Below are positions 60,522 to 64,000 of a stretch of 64,000 bases of DNA, one piece after another. The position numbers and the translations under genes were made by a program. The stretch is from Sphyrna mokarran. Lineage: Eukaryota. Every line of letters starts with the position of its first letter. Positions within the stretch are counted from its first letter, which is position 1. The notes under the pieces are model-generated. The model saw only the letters and a list, made by a program, of their open reading frames with translations. It did no database searches and was not told the DNA's origin. Location of the stretch: contig JAGIQG010000002.1 of NCBI GenBank assembly GCA_024679065.1, positions 79,360,001 through 79,424,000 on the forward strand, read 5' to 3'.

Positions 60522-61258
60522 GGGCAGAATTCTCCCAGATTGGAAGTAGTCCTGTGACTGGTTCAGGAACGTGGAGTTCTTCTCACTGTGGAGGCTGGTA
60601 GGAAAACATGCCAAACCTTCCAGCTGACTTCATTAATTCTGTATTTGAGTATTTTGCGTCATATTCCATGGCACGTGGACTTGATGGCCTATCCAGGTGC
60701 CATATTGAAAAGGCACCCACATCGCTCACCCACTATTGAAGTAAGAATATGGAGCTCCTACAAATGAAGGTGGACATCCCAAGAAACAGGATGCATCTCC
60801 AGGAACGTTGAGGCTGGAACATAAACTCCGTCTTGGGCACTGAATCTAGGTGGTCTATATGCAGATACACACACAAAATATTGCTGTTACATTCTAGAAT
60901 GCAGTGTCACCAACCATTTCCATCCTGAACTCCGGGGGGAGTATCAGGCATTGTTCAAGTGACTCCCAACATCTACGCGGCAGTGTTCCAGATGCGGTTC
61001 ACACTAGTATGTTTCTCAGCTGGTGCTGCAGAGAATCAGTTGTGGTTGTCGGACTTTCATCTACATCCCATTAGCAATATGCAGAATGTGTTCATGCTAA
61101 CCTTCAGCAAGTTTCCTTTTCCATCATTGTGGGCACCAGTGGAACATCCCGCTGTAAAATTCATTATGTGAAACCAAATTTTGGGCCTTCTGCTGAATTC
61201 TCCTGCCACTCCTTCTGCCATTGAATTCTGGGAGAATTCAATTGGGAGAATTCTGCCC
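60522..61258. mobile_element. Non-autonomous DNA transposon (MITE, Harbinger-like) with perfect 16-bp TIRs
   Basis: GGGCAGAATTCTCCCA (60522-60537) and TGGGAGAATTCTGCCC (61243-61258). No coding capacity and no clear TSD. Confidence 0.75.
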
Positions 61259-62339
61259 CTCATTTCATATCTTTCCATTTGATATATACTAAATTTTTTT
61301 ATGAGAATCTTGCAAGATATTTAGTCATTATAATGTGCATATAATTGGATCAAATGGTCACTTTGAAACATAGTCCTTAACAGTAAGGGTGTGCAGGTAG
61401 TTGTAGGGAATGGATATGGTTAACAGTCAATTCAATACCCTTCACATCAAACTTCATAAAAATGCTCTCTCCAATAGGAACCATTTTCCACTTGGGGGTA
61501 ACTAGACAGTGATCAGGAGTGGAACATCTGCCAACTTCACAATATGTTGGCAAAATAAGCAAAAATAAATTTAAGATAACAATCATCAAATATTCTATCC
61601 ATAACATGATAAAGGCATCACCTCCCTGACAGCAATGGGGGATTAAGGCGAGGAAAGAATCCCTCTAATACACTACAATTAATGTCATATTAGTCGGTAG
61701 ATTCATTATTGAGGCACTGGGGGAGAAGTAATGAAAGAATTTTGCTTTTTAAAATATTGACTGAAAATTGGTGTTGAATTTGAACCTGCCAGGGTGGAGA
61801 GATGTTGTGATTTGTGGGAGGTTCAAAAATTTGCTTATTGAAATCTTGCACATTTGTTATTGTGTAGGTACCCTCTTCAACAGGATCTGCCATTACTATA
61901 GGTCAAAAGGCAATTCACTAATGTGCTTTCACTGCTTTGGAGGTCATTTTCAAGACTTTGAAGATAATCTCTGCTCCCTTGAAATTTTTTGACTTTGATC
62001 TGCACTTCCCACCTGTTAGCCTTCATATCAGTAGCTTAAAGAGCCATTGGGCAACTCAGCCCTCAAACTTTGAATTTCTGACTTCCACTCTGAACAAGTC
62101 CAAATGATAAAGTCCAGCCTTTGTGTTGGAATTGGAAACATAACTAGGAGGTGCTAGTGTTTGCATTGCTCAAGATTGAGGCATTGGATAAGCAACCTTG
62201 TGTCCAAAATTTGAAATCAAGTAAGGACATACTTAAAAATATTTCTGAACGTTTCTTTTTATAAACAGCATGATAATGGATAAAAATATAGGGCCCAATG
62301 TTTGGCCCTAAAACAATGAAGGAATTGTGATACATTTCC

Positions 62340-63000
62340 AATTCAAGATGATGTGTAATTTAAGAGACAAATTGTGCTTCTAGATAGGAGAGATCCTGGA
62401 TCTGAGAAGTACTGTTGATGAAGCAAGTTGTTGCTGTGCATCTTGTGGACGAGACACATTACAGCAATGAAGTAACAGTGATGGAGAAAGGTGTCAAGGG
62501 TAATAGGTGGAGTGACAAGCAGTTTGCTTTGTCTTATATAAAGATGAACACCTTTAGTGTTATTGGAGCTACCTTCATCCAGGATGTCCAACACATTCCT
62601 GACTTGTGCCATGAGGATGGGGGAAAGATTTTGGGGAATCAGGAGATTGGTCACTGATTGCTGAATTCCCAGTCTCAGAGTGGCTTTTCTGGATGCAGGA
62701 TTTAATTGGCTGCTCCAGGTTTACAATGTTGACGATGGGGCATTCAGCAAGGGCAAAACCATTGAACACTAAGGAGAAGCATTCAGGTGGTCCCTTGACA
62801 GGAATTGCTTGAATCTTCTGCCGTGAACTGGCAAAGATACTTTCCATCATTTTGTTGATTATCAAGAGTAGACTAACATATCGATAATTGGCCAGATTGA
62901 ACTTATCCTGCTTTCTATGGACAGGACACACCTGAACAATTTTTCACATTGTTGGGTGGATGCCAATGTTGTACTTGAACAGTTTTATTCCTCTGTGGGA
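62340..63000 (-). mobile_element. Old LINE fragment (family of 7881-10310)
   Basis: ORF 62575 MCPVHRKQDKFNLANYRYVSLLLIINKMMESI parallels 9490-9600. 62380-62620 resembles 1-200. Confidence 0.7.
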
Positions 63001-64000
63001 CATTTATTTCTTTCTCAAGTATGTAGTGGAAATTTAGCACGGAGTGAAAGAACTGACAGTGCAATATTTAATATGAAGAGATGGAAATCAGATGGTGCTG
63101 ATGATTGTACATCATCCCTGAATGGTCAGTATTATCACTAGCAGTCAACATTTCCCCCAAAATGTACTGATTTCAGGCACATTTTTTCAAGATGAGTGAG
63201 TAATTGACATTTGCCCAATGTCGATTGGCAATGAACCTCATCAGTAGCACAAATGCTTTATTTGCACCTTAACTTTACAGTGAAATTGGGTGTTATGGGA
63301 TAAACGTATCTGTGCTCCCAATGTAGAAATTTGCTTGTTAGCAGTGATCGTTAAGGCTTTGAGCAAAGTAGTCAGGAGGCCCCTTAGGATTTTCTATCCA
63401 TTAATATTAAATACCACACTGTCAAATCTTTACTCTGGCCTAAATCCCCAGTACGTACTTCAGGAAGAAATCAACGTCCCACGGAGGAACAGGAACTGTC
63501 TGCTTCAAATACTTCTTCTATTGCTCCCTTAAATTTGCTCATGCATTAAATATTTAACCTGAGGATATGGATATCAGACTAATGATATGGGAGGAAAGGG
63601 CTCTTTTTGGTTAAAAAAAATTACTGGATTATTCTCTCAGCTTTATGTGCTGAATTGCATACATATTAACATACACAGAGGTATGAAGGATTAGATTTTT
63701 ATTTATTAGAATTTTGGTACCACAATAAAAGAAATGACATACAAGTAAAATTGCTGATTCCAAATGCAATCATTCTGTTGTTTCATAATTTCATTTGTTG
63801 TGCTTTAAAATGTGTGGATAGATCTAGAGGAATATTCAAGAACTAGCTCTTGGTCAGATTTTGCAGTACCATTAATAGCAACACTTTTAGCATTTGCTGC
63901 TACTTGAATTTGTAGAGGACCCACAACCTCCAGAATGTGAATGTGCTATGTAACATAAATCTAAAGGTTGTGAGGATCCAAGCAAAATGCTATTACCAAG

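Overview
Eukaryotic, AT-rich, repeat-dense DNA. The HE1-type V-SINEs, HER1/CR1 LINEs, a Deu-domain SINE and palindromic Penelope-like units point to a shark or ray. The only host gene I can support is a type I diacylglycerol kinase on the minus strand (DGKB-like; DGKG not excluded). It is seen as three consecutive phase-compatible GT-AG exons (45285-45115, 26909-26860, 14981-14907) that splice to ...[67 protein letters not shown], covering the end of the recoverin-homology region and EF-hand 1. I found no further exons, so the rest is probably intron. It is filled with nested CR1, Rex1/Babar, L2-like and other LINEs, SINEs, a decayed Gypsy-like LTR element and Harbinger remnants. Almost all track ORFs are repeat fragments or chance. 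I see no new multi-gene system. The best second-look items are locally templated inverted insertions, Penelope-like palindromes with degenerate hammerhead cores, a LINE with a tRNA-like head, a near-identical inverted CR1 pair around a skippable exon, a candidate poison exon and some hairpins. Family names come from recall of motifs, not from a database search, and repeat boundaries are approximate unless a TSD is quoted.
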